A stretch of 64,000 nt of DNA from Rhynchobatus australiae (GCA_034780895.1 JAUZTB010000001.1:72769777-72833776); one strand, 5' to 3'; shown: positions 1-12,094, counted from the stretch's first letter. The notes: generated by a model from the letters alone, not told the origin. Numbers and translations are program-made.

Positions 1-135
1 TCAGGTTTTGCACCTCATCCCTGTATGCCGATTCATTATTGTTCATGATCAAGCCAATGACTGTCATATTGTCTGCAAACTTTATGATGGTGTTTGTTTC
101 ATGGACAGATGAACAGTCATGGGTAAAGAGGGCTT
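1..135 (-). mobile_element. Rex1/Babar-like non-LTR retrotransposon RT fragment
   Basis: Minus strand reads ...THDCSSVHETNTIIKFADNMTV, resembling the RT YTHDC/IKFADD motif. Confidence 0.6.
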
Positions 136-246
136 TCATTTGTGGTTTTTGGGGTGGCCAGTGATGTTGGGAGGTGAGGTTTTTAATTCATCTTTCAGGA
201 TCTGGCACCATTGTTTTTTTTTCTAATCTGATGGGCTGTTCCTCAG

Positions 247-336
247 GTCTCCAGCCTGGTACTACCTACCTGGTGAAGATCTTCAGCGTGATTGATAACA
301 GGGAGAGCGCCCCACTGACTGGAACCCAGCAAACAG
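247..336 (+). CDS. FN1: Fibronectin exon, FnIII-8 second half (gene starts upstream of window)
   Basis: cctcag| ... ACAG|gtaatg; 90 nt, phase 1-1; GLQPGTTYLVKIFSVIDNRESAPLTGTQQT, FnIII E-F-G strand pattern. Confidence 0.9.
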
Positions 337-3080
337 GTAATGTCCGACCAGGACTTCGGCAGAGCTGGGGGGCAGGTTTAGTGCAGGAGTTGGTGTAGTC
401 ACATAGGCTCAGCTTGCCAGAGCTAGGGATTTCTCTCTTGCTTCCCCTATACAGTGCCAGGTCAGCCAGTGCATCCAGGCACGGTGATGGTTAACTCCTC
501 CCACCTGGAGTTTCCAATGCCTTCCACTTTGCCTGGAGCCCTATGAGGGAAGAGGATGAGGTGAATCCCCTAAACCAGGCGTTGGGTGCCAATGTGAACA
601 GTAGGCATAGAACCCCTCACACAGAAGTATCAGCTGGTTGCAAGGGATAAAACTGTTCCAATGTGACATCTGGTTTGACTTCTCATCCTCCACCCAATGC
701 ATGCAGCTTGGGGGCACTTGTCCGGCAACTTAAAGTCTTGCCAGGGAGACCGAGCATCACCCGCCACCTCCCAAGGAAACAATTTCTGCTGTTCTCCCAT
801 CAGGCAAGATGAGTTCCACACCTCGGGATTGAAATAATGGGCCTGGAGATTTACCAGAGTGATGATTGGCAAGTTGAAATGCGGAGAAAGCAATGCCTCC
901 CCAGGAGGGAATCCAGAACATGGGGAGATGGGAGTAGAGCGACTGGTCAGGGTTGACGTTGGGAAATAATTATTTGGAACTCCTGCCCCAAATAATCTGA
1001 GGCTAAGGATTCAGCTGAAAATGTCAAAATTGATTTTGTCGTAATGCAGAAGATTTGAGGAGCCTAATGGCCTTCTGTTGCTGTGTTGCCGTCTGCTGAC
1101 GGCACTGAATGCGACACACGCCATGTACAAGACTGAATCTTCTGTTCATGTATACAGGTTAGAGGTGCTGAATGGCCTCTTGTTTCGATATAACAGGTTT
1201 AAAGGGTTAAAGTCTCCCCCNNNNNNNNNNNNNNNNNNNNNNNNNNNNNNNNNNNNNNNNNNNNNNNNNNNNNNNNNNNNNNNNNNNNNNNNNNNNNNNN
1301 NNNNNNNNNNNNNNNNNNNNGGGGGTGAATGGCCTCTTGTTTCGATATAACTGGTTTAAAGGGTTAAAGTCTCCCCCCCCCCCCCATTCTCTATCCCAAA
1401 TGTTTCCATCACTTGCTGAGGTGTCACTCTGCACAAGGCGTAACCTAGGGCATCGAGCCTTGTTCCTCGTGCGACCTCATGTACTCCTGTGACCAAATAG
1501 CACAGCAGTAGTTAGATCTTTGCACACTGGGGCAATGGAAAGCTGAATACCCAAAGGGGTAGTGGATAGTGTGATATACAAGGAAGGGGCAGACACACAA
1601 TGGGTCTGTGGTGAAATGGATGCAATGGTATGCATTGTAGGAAGAGAATATTAGAAGTTGTTATCAAGGCCTTTGGCTCTGTCAATTTTAATGGCCAAGT
1701 GAAAACAGATTTGGCTGGTTGGTGTGATGTGCAGGATGGCAGTGTATGCGCATTCTGCTCCCTTAAACCTCATTGCTTTCAATGCTACTGCTCTTCAGCA
1801 ATAAGACTACAGCATGCAGAGCACAACAAATAAAGGCAAACTTCCACCCCACCAAACCTCTCCATCCTTTTAAAGATCCCCATTGGGTTTCCTCAGCTTT
1901 GTCATAGGAGATAAGCCCAGATATTCAGGGCTGGTGCGGCACCTCGGATCAGAAGCACCCTTCCTAAATCTGTACTCTGGGGGGCCCCTGGATTCTTTTT
2001 GCTTATCCGAAGACCAGGAGTGTGTGTAGGAAGACTTATTCCCAATAAATCCATCCGCTGCACCAGCAGTGCTACAAGCACTTTCCAGTCTGCTCCACTC
2101 ACTCACCGAGTGATCTCCCTTGAACAAGGTTTGCCAAGAGGCAAGGAGTTTTTAATCCAGTGTGTGAGCCATTGGACAGCCAGACAATTCCAAACAGAAA
2201 CTGAACTGAAGGGAAGGGAGGCCCAGATTTGCAGGCAGCTTTGTACTAGGTCAGGTGCCGTAGCGTCCCCTAGTGAACACTGTCACTTTTGCAACCACAT
2301 GTTGCTGCAACCAGGCCAGCAATACTCCACCCCAACAACGCACCGCTCGAACCTTTCTCTAGGTGCCAGCTGCACTACAAGAGGGATTAAAACCTGTGGC
2401 TGTGGGCTTGACTGGAGTCTGATCCAACTTCTGTCAGTCTGAATCTTGGCAATTCCATGTTCATGCCTCGCTTTCATAGCTCTAGTCCAAGAGGGGTCAT
2501 TTTCAGTCCAACTGGAGCTTGTGTAAGCTGCAGTGATATTGTGTCATATTGTGGTGCAGATAAGGACACGACAATTTGAAATGTTGATGTTTCTGGGTGT
2601 GGGTGATTCACTTGGGCTTGTTTGCTGAGTGAAGGGTTCTTCCTCGTAGCCATCCACTGAGTCCTCTACTTGAACGTTCTCTCTGCTCTACGTGGCAAAC
2701 TTGTTTGCACAAGTTTTGCAAAGTTTCTCACTTCTCTTCACTCCTGTGATCAGTTCAGGCACAGCTGAAGGAGCTGTTCCTTCTGAGTTAAAAAGTTGAG
2801 AGTTCAAATCCACCACCAGGGACTGGAGCACTCCACCTAGGCTGGCACATGAGCACTGCTCCATCAAGAGGCAGGGGCAAGGGAGATGGGGGGTCTCCCC
2901 AGTGACCCAGTGGATGGTTATCCCTTCGTCGAACATCACCGACAGAAAGCGACTCTCATTCTCACAGACTGCTGTGTGTGAATGTTCGGAGGGGCCAGAT
3001 TGTCCGTTAAACTGCACGATGGAGCCGGCTCAAGGTAACAAGTGTCCTGCTCCTGCTCTTGGATTACACTCGTGTGATTC

Positions 3081-3291
3081 CTGCAGATCAATAAAAAAAG
3101 ATAAAAACAAAAACAAACTGCTGGAAACTCAGCAAGTTGGACAGCATCTGTGGAGAGAGACACAAGGGTTAATATTTTGGGTTCTGTAAAAGATGTTTGG
3201 CCCATAATATTAACCCGGTTTCTCTCCCCACAGGTGCTGCCTGACCTGTTTCCAGCATTTTGTTTTTTTTCCAGAATTTCATCATTTGCAG
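3081..3291. repeat. Palindromic (fold-back) element made of two Penelope-like termini
   Basis: Left arm ctgctggaaactcagc...gggttaatatt is the imperfect reverse complement of right arm aatattaaccc...ttccagcat. Confidence 0.7.
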
Positions 3292-3416
3292 CTTTATGAT
3301 TTTTTTCAGGAGGTAGTTAACTTAGTGGCATATAGTGAGGTGGGAGATGGTACTGGTGAAAGAGTTAAGTGTTTTCTAGCCTGCATTAACACTTGCCTTT
3401 TATCCCTGTGACACAG

Positions 3417-3683
3417 GCATCGACTCTCCAACTGGCATTGACTTCTCCGATATCAGCACCAACTCCTTCACTGTGCACTGGATGCCGCCCATGGTCCCAG
3501 TCACTGGCTTCAGGGTGCAGCTCCAACCTGAAAAGGGAGGCAGGCCAAGGATTGAGAGGGTGCCGGCTTCCCACACCTCCCACCTGTTGACCAACCTGAG
3601 TCCCAGCTCGGAGTATATAGTCAGCATTTATGCCATGAGTGGCCAACAGGAGAGCTTGCCTTTGGTTGGGCAGCAGTCCACCA
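3417..3683 (+). CDS. FN1: Fibronectin exon, FnIII-9 (synergy-site repeat)
   Basis: acacag| ... CCA|gtaagt; [22 protein letters not shown]...[11 protein letters not shown] matches FN1 III-9. Confidence 0.96.
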
Positions 3684-4771
3684 GTAAGTGTGGGTGCCCG
3701 TCAGTCTCGCCAGTTGTGTGGGTATTTGTTTCGGACAGTGTACGGTGTGTTGGGATTCTCTGCGGCCTTGGTTGTTGTCAGCGACAGGTGGACTCCAGAC
3801 CTGAAATTGGGCCCTTGTCGTGGGGTCACAGGTCAGCTGTGCTCTGCAGGGGGTGGTGTTTCAGCTGGGTCATCTTATTCTTTTGGGGGTGATGGAGTGC
3901 TGTGGAGGGTGGTGAAGGGGTTGCAAATGATGGGCTGGAACCGGGCGCTATCTTTTGGGCTGATATTAGAAGAGAGCAAGCCAAACCCTCCCACTGGTAT
4001 TGGATGAATCCACGCTTGAACCTGGTGGTCTGATGCCTCCCTAAGTCAATTAATTTGCTAGCTCCTGGCTGGGAAGCCCAGACATCTTGATTCATTGTGG
4101 GGTAGAGGTGGTTGTGTGATACTACCCATGGTCAAATAGCTTGTCCTCTCTTGGCCACTGGCTGGGAGATACAATGGGTGAAGGCAGGGGTTTGGCTGTA
4201 CAAAACCTCCTGCTGTCAAGCCACTACGTCAGTGTACACCAGGCTAAGGAGTGCCCCGTTTATTGACATTGACTCATTGAGGAGGATGCGGTGAAGTGAA
4301 CGGAAGTGAGACTGAGGAATGGTGCTGACGGAATGCAGCACTGTTGGAGTGCACCTTTCAAATGGGACGTTAAACAGCTGGGCACGCGGTCTCCCATGTG
4401 GGTAGGGGAGAGCTTGCCGTGCAGTGCTTCTGACCTTGCAGCAATGGCTGCTCTTCATTGACTATGTTCCCTTGCAGTGTCCTAAGCTCATGACAAGTGC
4501 AGCGACAATGCAGGTCTTTCTCCTTGTGTACGAGCTGGTATGGTCTTGCGCACAACACATTTTCGTTGCTCTCTCCAGCCACTGAGAGGGGGAGGTGGGT
4601 GGATTCTGTATCCAGAACGTTCACTGCACTCACTCTCCATGTTGCACATATGACATCCCAGGCTGATTTCACCACCCAATCAGCCAGGGTAGGGGTGAGA
4701 GATTCCTGCCACGGATTTAACTCCACTGAATTGTTTTCTCTCCACTCCCAACCCTCCTCTTGCCTCTGCAG

Positions 4772-4888
4772 TCTCGGACTTGCTGACCAACTTGGAATTC
4801 ACCCGGTCCACGCCTAACAGCCTGACCGTCAGCTGGACCCCACCACCCACGACCATCAAGTACTACCGCATCACCTACGGAGAGACCG
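4772..4888 (+). CDS. FN1: Fibronectin exon, FnIII-10 first half
   Basis: tgcag| ... CCG|gtaggt; ISDLLTNLEF...YYRITYGET. Confidence 0.95.
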
Positions 4889-5646
4889 GTAGGTCCCGGC
4901 TTTCTCCTTCACTAGCTGGGGGCAGAGCCTTCCCTCAGCTTATCAGTGATGGCCTGGTATTGTCATCACTGGGCTTCGGAGTCTTGAACTGGAGCACTAT
5001 TCTCACCTCAGCCCTACACTGAGACTGGCCCTGCAGACCAGGTGCAAAGCTGGTACGGACTCAAACGGGTTAAAACTCTGTTCTTTGAAAGGAACCTGTT
5101 TAACAAAAGGCCCTAATGGCTGCTCTAAACCTTGAGCTTAGAGTTTGAAGCTTGGTAGTGCTCGTGCCCACAGTGCACCACAGCAGGGAGAGTGGCGGAT
5201 GTCTTTCTGCCCTGGTTTTGCAGCATAATGGGTCCACCGAGAGGTTGGCAAGGGGTGGAGGAATTGGGAGGAACACGCAAGTGGCGGCAACAGGGGGCCC
5301 TTCATTCTTAACAGATCACAGATTAAACCTTCAACTTGCCTTCCGGATGGTGGCAGCCCTCCTTAAAGTGGTTGAAGAAGTCTGGTACACAACAAGAGTA
5401 GGCGTGAAATAGGCTTTAGGCATGAGACCCAACTTTGGCATGAGTGTTGGCCCTGGACCTCAACAAAATGATCTTGAATTGTGCCTCCATTGAGTGCTTG
5501 TGATACCTTTTGAGTTACTGGCCACTGACATGCATATGCGAAATGAGTAAGTTTACACTGTTCCTCATTGACTGTTTCACATGCGATGTCATTTAAGTAC
5601 ATTGGTTACCACCTCTTTTTCTCTAATTTGCCCGAAACACACACAG

Positions 5647-5811
5647 GAAGCCACAGCCCCAGGAAGTCCATGATAGTGTCAGGAGACGAGTCAACGGTTA
5701 CCATCACCAACCTCCGCCCAGATACCCAGTACACCGTCACCGTGTCTGCCGTCACTAGCCGCGGTGACAATCCGGCATCCAGCAAACCTATCGTGGGTTC
5801 TGAGAGGACAG
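5647..5811 (+). CDS. FN1: Fibronectin exon, FnIII-10 second half with RGD (5760-5768)
   Basis: acacag| ... CAG|gtagga; ...YTVTVSAVTSRGDNPASSKP... Confidence 0.96.
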
Positions 5812-6789
5812 GTAGGACCGATATTAACATAGACACAGGAAATCACTTGGACCATTGTGTCCATGCAGTCCATCAGTCCCATTCCCCTGTAGAGGCTGGG
5901 TTACAAACACCTGACTTATGGACACCCCTACATATAAACGAGCTCCCACAGTGTTATGTTCTTGTAATTGCTTTCTTTCTTGTAAAAATAGTGTTTATAT
6001 ATTTCTTGTGTAATGCTGCTTATATGATGCTTTGTGCCTGTGATGCTGCTGCAAGTAAGTTTTTCATTGCACCTGTGCATACATGTACTTGTGCATCTGA
6101 CAATAAACTCAACTTCAACTTTTGATATATCAATAAAATTAAAAAGCATTTGTTCCTCCCAACGGCAGAACTAGATTCCCCTCTCTCTCAACTTTTAGTA
6201 ATCAGTCTTGTGTGCTTTTGATATCATTCATTACAATACCATAGAGATACAGTTACAACAACAAGTGATTTTGTGTATTTTCTGACTCATGGATGAAATT
6301 AACTTAAGGACATCCGTAAAACAAAAACGGAGCCAGTTCATCTCCCAAGGATGGCCTGTCGTTCTGTTACTTATATTTTCTCTCTCGTGTCCATCAATTC
6401 CCCTTTAATTCCTTTTTGGCCACCCACCCACACAAGGAGCGATTTACTGTGACCAATTTTCTAGAAATGGCGAGGAGGCCTCTGGCTGGGATGTTTTGCC
6501 CAGGTGTGTCTGCTTCAGATGGAAGCTTTCATTGGCTTGGCCAAGCCAGCTGCCCTTTGGGGCCAGAGCCAGGAAAGCCATGTTTCTGGCTTTAGGGATG
6601 TGAGGCCTTAAGCAAACTGCTGACGGCTCCCAGCAGGGCTGAAGAGACCTTTGTCCATCGCAGCCCTGCAAATCACTTGGCCACATCTAGCCCACTGTCT
6701 TAAATTGCCGTCTCTCCAGTTGTTCCTGGGACAGGGAAGGGACCAAAGATGGCTGCCTCTTTACTGGAGACTATCTTTTCTTCCTGCAG

Positions 6790-6945
6790 AGATTGACATG
6801 CCGACCATGCTGAAGGTGGACGAGGTGCAAGACCACAGTCTGACTGTCAGTTGGACCCCTCCCATTACGCCGGTAAAGGGTTACAGGGTCACCAGCACGC
6901 CAAAGAATGGGCAGGGCCCAAACACATCCAAGACTATCCCAGGAG
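6790..6945 (+). CDS. FN1: Fibronectin exon, FnIII-11 first half
   Basis: ctgcag| ... GAG|gtcagt; EIDMPTMLKVDEVQDHSLTVSW...GYRVTSTPKNGQGP. Confidence 0.95.
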
Positions 6946-7724
6946 GTCAGTCACCGGAGGTGGTGGAGCCAGGGTGTTGGGTTCGTTAGCGTGACTGCCA
7001 CAGTCTCTGCGTTGACCTCTCAATTATGTCAGTGCATTGTGTTGTGAGCTGGCTGTTGTTACCCCAGTAGGGGTCACACCTAGGGAGTGGGGGGGTGGTG
7101 GTTGTGATTGGGGTGGGAGGAGCAGACATGTGGAACATAGCAGGAGGGGATTGAGCCTTTCACATTTCATTTTCCCATTTTTAGGACGCTCCCCATTTTA
7201 GTGGGAAGTAAAAGGGTCACAGTTGGCACCTCCCTGGTGCCTGTTGGACGTTACTCATTATTCCAACACACTTGTGTTTCATTTTCTTAAACACGTTACA
7301 CGGAACTTGAATAAATTCTCCAGTGAAACGAGTGAGTTTAAAGGGAGTGTGGGGATGGGGCCTGGTAAGTTTTAAGGGAGCATGGGAAACGAAGTGCAAT
7401 GGATGAAAGGGAGTACAGGAAACGGGGTGCAGAGGGTTGAAGGGAGTACAGGAACTAGGGTGAAGACTGTCTGGGGAAGGGGATAAAAGGCTGCATGTTG
7501 GAGTTGGGTGTTTGGAGAGAGATGGCCAAGCAGAGAACGGCAGCTAATATAGGGCAGGTTTCTAAATGAATGGGATTAACGTGGGTATCTTTTCAAATGG
7601 GCAGTCATATTGGGAGTGTTTATCTCTGGAACCTGGAACTTAAGTGGACTGGGCACGAATGTGGAGCAGCATTGTCGGGCGATTCAGGAGGAAAGTCACC
7701 TTTTTGTGTGTCATGTACTTTCAG

Positions 7725-7838
7725 GTCAGAACCGCCTGACCATTGAGGGCTTGGCGCCATCGGTGGAGTACTTGGTCAGCGTGTATGCTGTGGGAGAGCA
7801 TGGGGAGAGCTCGCCCCTCACCGAAACAGCAGTAACCG
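7725..7838 (+). CDS. FN1: Fibronectin exon, FnIII-11 second half
   Basis: tttcag| ... CCG|gtaggt; [21 protein letters not shown]...ETAVT. Confidence 0.95.
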
Positions 7839-8747
7839 GTAGGTATCTCAGAAGGTGTTGTGCCGTGATGGGTTGCTGGGTGGTCGGGGTATATTCCAAG
7901 CTCCTGGGTGAATGGAATATTGCAGGCAGGCCCATGGGGAAACCCCTGGTTGAGCGGTGGGTGAGGTCCACCACTGTTCATGAATGTCTTTGGCAGGATT
8001 CCTCTCTCTCGCCTTTTGCACTCCCAACTTCTATTTTGAACAACAATAACGGGCTTGTAATACGAGGGTTAGCAAGTGGGGCAACAGTTGGGAACCATGG
8101 CCAGGGGAACATGCAAGAGAGAACAGACTCCTGTGTAGAAGCCCTGGTCTCCACGGGTGCGGCCAGGCCGCTGGTGATGCGAAGTTGGCCCCACTGTGTG
8201 ATGCCCCACTGGGCGCTGATTGAGAACAATGGGAGCCTGCCTTTCTGCTGCCCGTATCCTCAAATGTGAAAGGAGGCCCAGTACTATACACCCATCCATT
8301 GCTGAGCTCAAGCTATTTGGTTACCTAATGTATTTTCTTGGCTCTTTGCTTTAAATGGTGCTTTCATACCAGACCCCTCCTCTAATCTCTAATAGTCTAA
8401 CACTGGCTTTCAGAATGGACTGGTGGGTTGAGGACCTTCCATTGATCACTGCATGGGCACATTTTTCCGGTCTTGCTGACCCTTGGATGCTGTGGGCCCA
8501 GTAAAGGCTGTGCTTGGAAAATTCTGACGGGAAATGCTGATGCTTTGCAGAGAGGGGAGAGGAAACAGCAGATAGGNNNNNNNNNNNNNNNNNNNNNNNN
8601 NNNNNNNNNNNNNNNNNNNNNNNNNNNNNNNNNNNNNNNNNNNNNNNNNNNNNNNNNNNNNNNNNNNNNNNNNNNNNNNNNNNNNNNNNNNNNNNNNNNN
8701 NNNNNNNNNNNNNNNNNNNNNNNNNNNNNNNNCTTGCTTTTCACTAG

Positions 8748-9020
8748 CGCCCACCAGCCAAGTGAAAGAGCTGGTCTTTACGGACGTGGCGGCAGATTCC
8801 ATGCGGCTGGCGTGGGAGAAGCCGAAGGGTCAGGTCACAACCTACAGGGTAATCTACTCTAGCCCCGAGGATGGAGTCCATGAGCTTGTGCCCAGCCCCA
8901 GCTCCAGGGACATTTCTGCTGAGCTGACTGGCTTGCGCCCAGGGACAGAGTACAAAGTGCAAGTGTACGCTGTATATGATGGCCAGGAGAGCTCTCCTTT
9001 CATGGGCAGACAGACTACAG
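8748..9020 (+). CDS. FN1: Fibronectin extra domain A (EDA/EIIIA) exon
   Basis: cactag| ... CAG|gtaagc; whole FnIII repeat in one 273-nt exon between III-11 and III-12; YSSPEDGVHEL. Confidence 0.94.
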
Positions 9021-10294
9021 GTAAGCACCCGGGGCTGGTGATCTGTAAACGGCACGTGGCTACAGATGGTGACACCGACTTCCAGCCAGAACAGAGATGA
9101 TTGGCTTATTCCACCTGGAGCCGAGGTTGATTTCACAAATATTATTTGTATTGTGTAATCCCATAACTTTTGCTGCATTTTGTTGGTGAACTAATCCTGC
9201 TGTTACCTGGAAACGTCACACTAGAACTGTTTCCAAGAGAGACAGTTTAAGTGGACATTATGCTGTAGTTCACATTATGTTTAAAGATAATGGTATAAAG
9301 TCCTGCCTCAACTCATTTGCTAACTCAGGGATATCAGCACTGGGGGTGAGAGGGCTAATTCAATTACATGCTCTCTATATACCTGTGCAGTAGTTTTGCT
9401 TACTGAAAAGTGGCAGTCTAATTTGACGGCCATAACTTCTAATTGCAGTAAGTAGTTTGACACAATTGCTGCTCCAGGCCTTTGTAAAAAGGGAGTTAAA
9501 TTTCAACAATGTTAGTATGGGACAGGAGTCGTAGATTGTCCTGGATTAATTCATGCTAGTAATTCCCAAGCACAACATGAGTGAACTGATTTGGTTTTTA
9601 CAACGAGCCCACAGCTTTAGAACCACATTTATTGGCACCAGCTCTTCCTTTACAGACTTTTAAGATTAACTCCTTACTTCTCAAGCTGACATTTGAGTTC
9701 ACTTTCTAGATTATTAATGCGGGGGCTGATGTAAGCAAGAAAGAGGTGTGAACTCTGGCTATTTACCCCTCCCTTGCCCCAGCCCAAAGCGGCTGGTGGT
9801 CTAACCCAGGCCAGCTCCATCACAGGCTGTCTGGCAATTGCTGGATCCAGGCTCAACCTTGGGTCACTTGGAGCCGCGGCAACCGAAACACTTCAGGCTG
9901 GTTTAGCCATTGTTCTTGTGCCATCAGCTGCAGCTCAGCAGTTGAGGCTGTTGAGTCAGAAGGTTAAAGGTGTCAGTACCTCTCCAGAGAGCTGGACTCA
10001 ACATCTAGGGAGTGAGGCAATGTTACATGTTGAGACAGCACATTAGCATGCTTGTTCCCCCTCGTTTGGACATAGGGGAACAGAGGAGCTCTTTCAGATG
10101 TCTTAGCTTATATTTATCTCCAAACCAATACAGAGATATTGATTAGACTAGTGCTCACAAATTGGTGCCACCATTACCTCACACAGCAGTGAGTGCGCAT
10201 CAAAAGTCTGTCATTGGTTAGAAAGCACTTGTGCTTCACGAAGTTGTTGAGGAGTGGAATAACTGCAACTCTCCATTTCTTTCTTGTCTTGCAG

Positions 10295-10482
10295 CCATTC
10301 CACCACCAACTAACCTGGAGTTCGTGCAGGTGACTCCAACAAGTATGACCATAAGCTGGCATGCCCCTCGTGCCCAGCTGACTAGTTATCGTGTGGTAGT
10401 GAAACCAAGGGAGAAGGCAGGCCCAAGCCAGCAGCTGACCGTTAGTCCCGATAACACCAGCGCCACCATCTCTGGTCTCATG
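10295..10482 (+). CDS. FN1: Fibronectin exon, FnIII-12 first half
   Basis: ttgcag| ... ATG|gtgagt; [17 protein letters not shown]...ISGLM. Confidence 0.96.
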
Positions 10483-10607
10483 GTGAGTCTTCCCCACCCC
10501 TACTGGCTATTGTGGAACACAAACACCAGCATTGAGTTGTTGGGTCAAGTGGCCCATTTCTATTCTGTGTAACTAACTTCTGTCCAATCCTATTTCCATA
10601 AACACAG

Positions 10608-10695
10608 GTAGCGACTAAGTATAACATCTTCGTTTATGCCATCAAGGATTCCTTGATCAGTCAGCCTTTGCAAGGCATCAAAGCGACACTGGACG
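10608..10695 (+). CDS. FN1: Fibronectin exon, FnIII-12 second half
   Basis: acacag| ... ACG|gtgagt; VATKYNIFVYAIKDSLISQPLQGIKATLD; follows a 125-nt intron; not in ORF track. Confidence 0.95.
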
Positions 10696-10719
10696 GTGAG
10701 TTCTCTCCTTAGCCCCATA

Positions 10720-11150
10720 CCCGTTAACATCCACGGGACCTTTCCTCCATCCCCACAGTCCTTTCCATTGTCTGCAGAAACTCTCACCCTCGTGCCTCCT
10801 GGACCCGACTGTTCCCTGCTGGCTCATGTCCTCAGTAACCTGAGCACGGCCGAAACACTGCTTCTTCTGTGGACTCCCCGTCCCCGAATCTCTGCGGCCC
10901 GCTCCAGCCCTCCTGCCTTACTCCAGCTTTGGCCTCCCGCATGTTCCTGATTTTTGTCATTCTCCCTCGGTTGGCAGCCGCGCCCTCAGCTGCCAAGGTT
11001 CTCAGACTCCTGTCCGCATTGAAGAACCTCGTCAATAACCTACCTCCTCGTCCAAGCCTCCCACCCACCTCTTCCGAGCCTCCCTGTGGTGCATGGGTGA
11101 GCGTCTATTCGGTAACGACTCTGCGAGGGCTTTGCCTTGCACCTGACAGC
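10720..11150 (+). mobile_element. Decayed L2-like LINE 3' fragment
   Basis: ggttggcagccgcgccctcagctgccaagg resembles the L2 ORF2 C-terminus (GGRAFS-like); pyrimidine-rich. Confidence 0.45.
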
Positions 11151-11172
11151 TGATGTTGTGCCCGTGTGCCAG

Positions 11173-11349
11173 ATGTGAGTCCGCCACGCCGAATCCACAT
11201 CTCCGGTGTGACGGAGACCACCATCACGCTGCAGTGGCGCACCAAGATGGAGACTATCTCCGGCTTCCAGATCGACGCTGTGCCCTCTAGCCATAGAGGC
11301 ACCATCCAGAGGACTGTGGGACCCGATACACGTACATACACCATCACAG
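11173..11349 (+). CDS. FN1: Fibronectin exon, FnIII-13 first half (heparin-binding)
   Basis: tgccag| ... CAG|gtaaag; [38 protein letters not shown]. Confidence 0.96.
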
Positions 11350-12094
11350 GTAAAGCCAGCAGCATTTGCCGTCGCCTGCAGGTTAAATAACTCGAGCAGT
11401 TTTACTTCCAGCCCCCTTTACTACCCACTTTGCAGTGCCTCACAGATACAGATGTGTACAAGGAGATCACTTGGCCCATTGCAACCCTGGCTCTGAGATG
11501 GCCCTCCATTCATCCTGGCCCTGTTCTTTCTCCACAGCACTCCCCTCAAGGATTTATCCAGTTCCCATTTTAAAAGGTACCACGTCCATTCCTTGATTTA
11601 TAAAAGGGATGTGTTCCTGGAACCATTAAGCAAAGTTTGCTGCATCGAGATAGGCGAGGCAAAATACATCAATAGTATATTGATAGTGTTTTTTTTATTC
11701 ACGGGGACTGGCGTACAGTTCATTTTAAGAGAAACTGAACTGGATTGAAGGAGTACCCCAAGGAGTCCACGGTATTAGAGCCAAAATTTTGTAAATCAAA
11801 GAGTTACTCGATTGAATTTGCTTCCATTGGCATTTGATGCAGTGTATTTTAGCTCATGACAGATTGTTATGTTAAAAAAAAATCAACTATCTTGATATTT
11901 TTGCTAGCTTCCTTGAATTTTGTGTTCTCCCAAATACTGACTGTTGCCAATGGAACCAGTTGCTCCTTGTTTTCATGCAGTCACTTGGCATGGTAAGAGG
12001 CTCTTTGACCCACCCTGTCTGCGCCAAACATCAAGCAACTATTTTACACTAATCCCATTTTATTCTCCCCACATTTCCATCGATTTCCAACAGA

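Noticed and set aside
1169-1378. ~50-bp direct repeat flanking a 100-N gap (similar case at 52312-52469)
   Set aside because: Near-identical sequence either side of a gap at a poly-C run; typical contig-overlap artefact
7330-7465. Degenerate ~32-bp tandem repeats (aagggagtacaggaa...)
   Set aside because: Ordinary decayed minisatellite; no constant repeat/unique spacer structure, so not CRISPR-like
7610-8269. 219-aa ORF
   Set aside because: Only 7725-7838 is FN1 coding; the rest is intronic read-through. The same applies to 45884-46465 and 26697-27224
11580-11812. Possible Tc1/Tigger-type MITE (ttgatttata ... tgtaaatcaa)
   Set aside because: Inverted ends too short and degenerate to call without a library search
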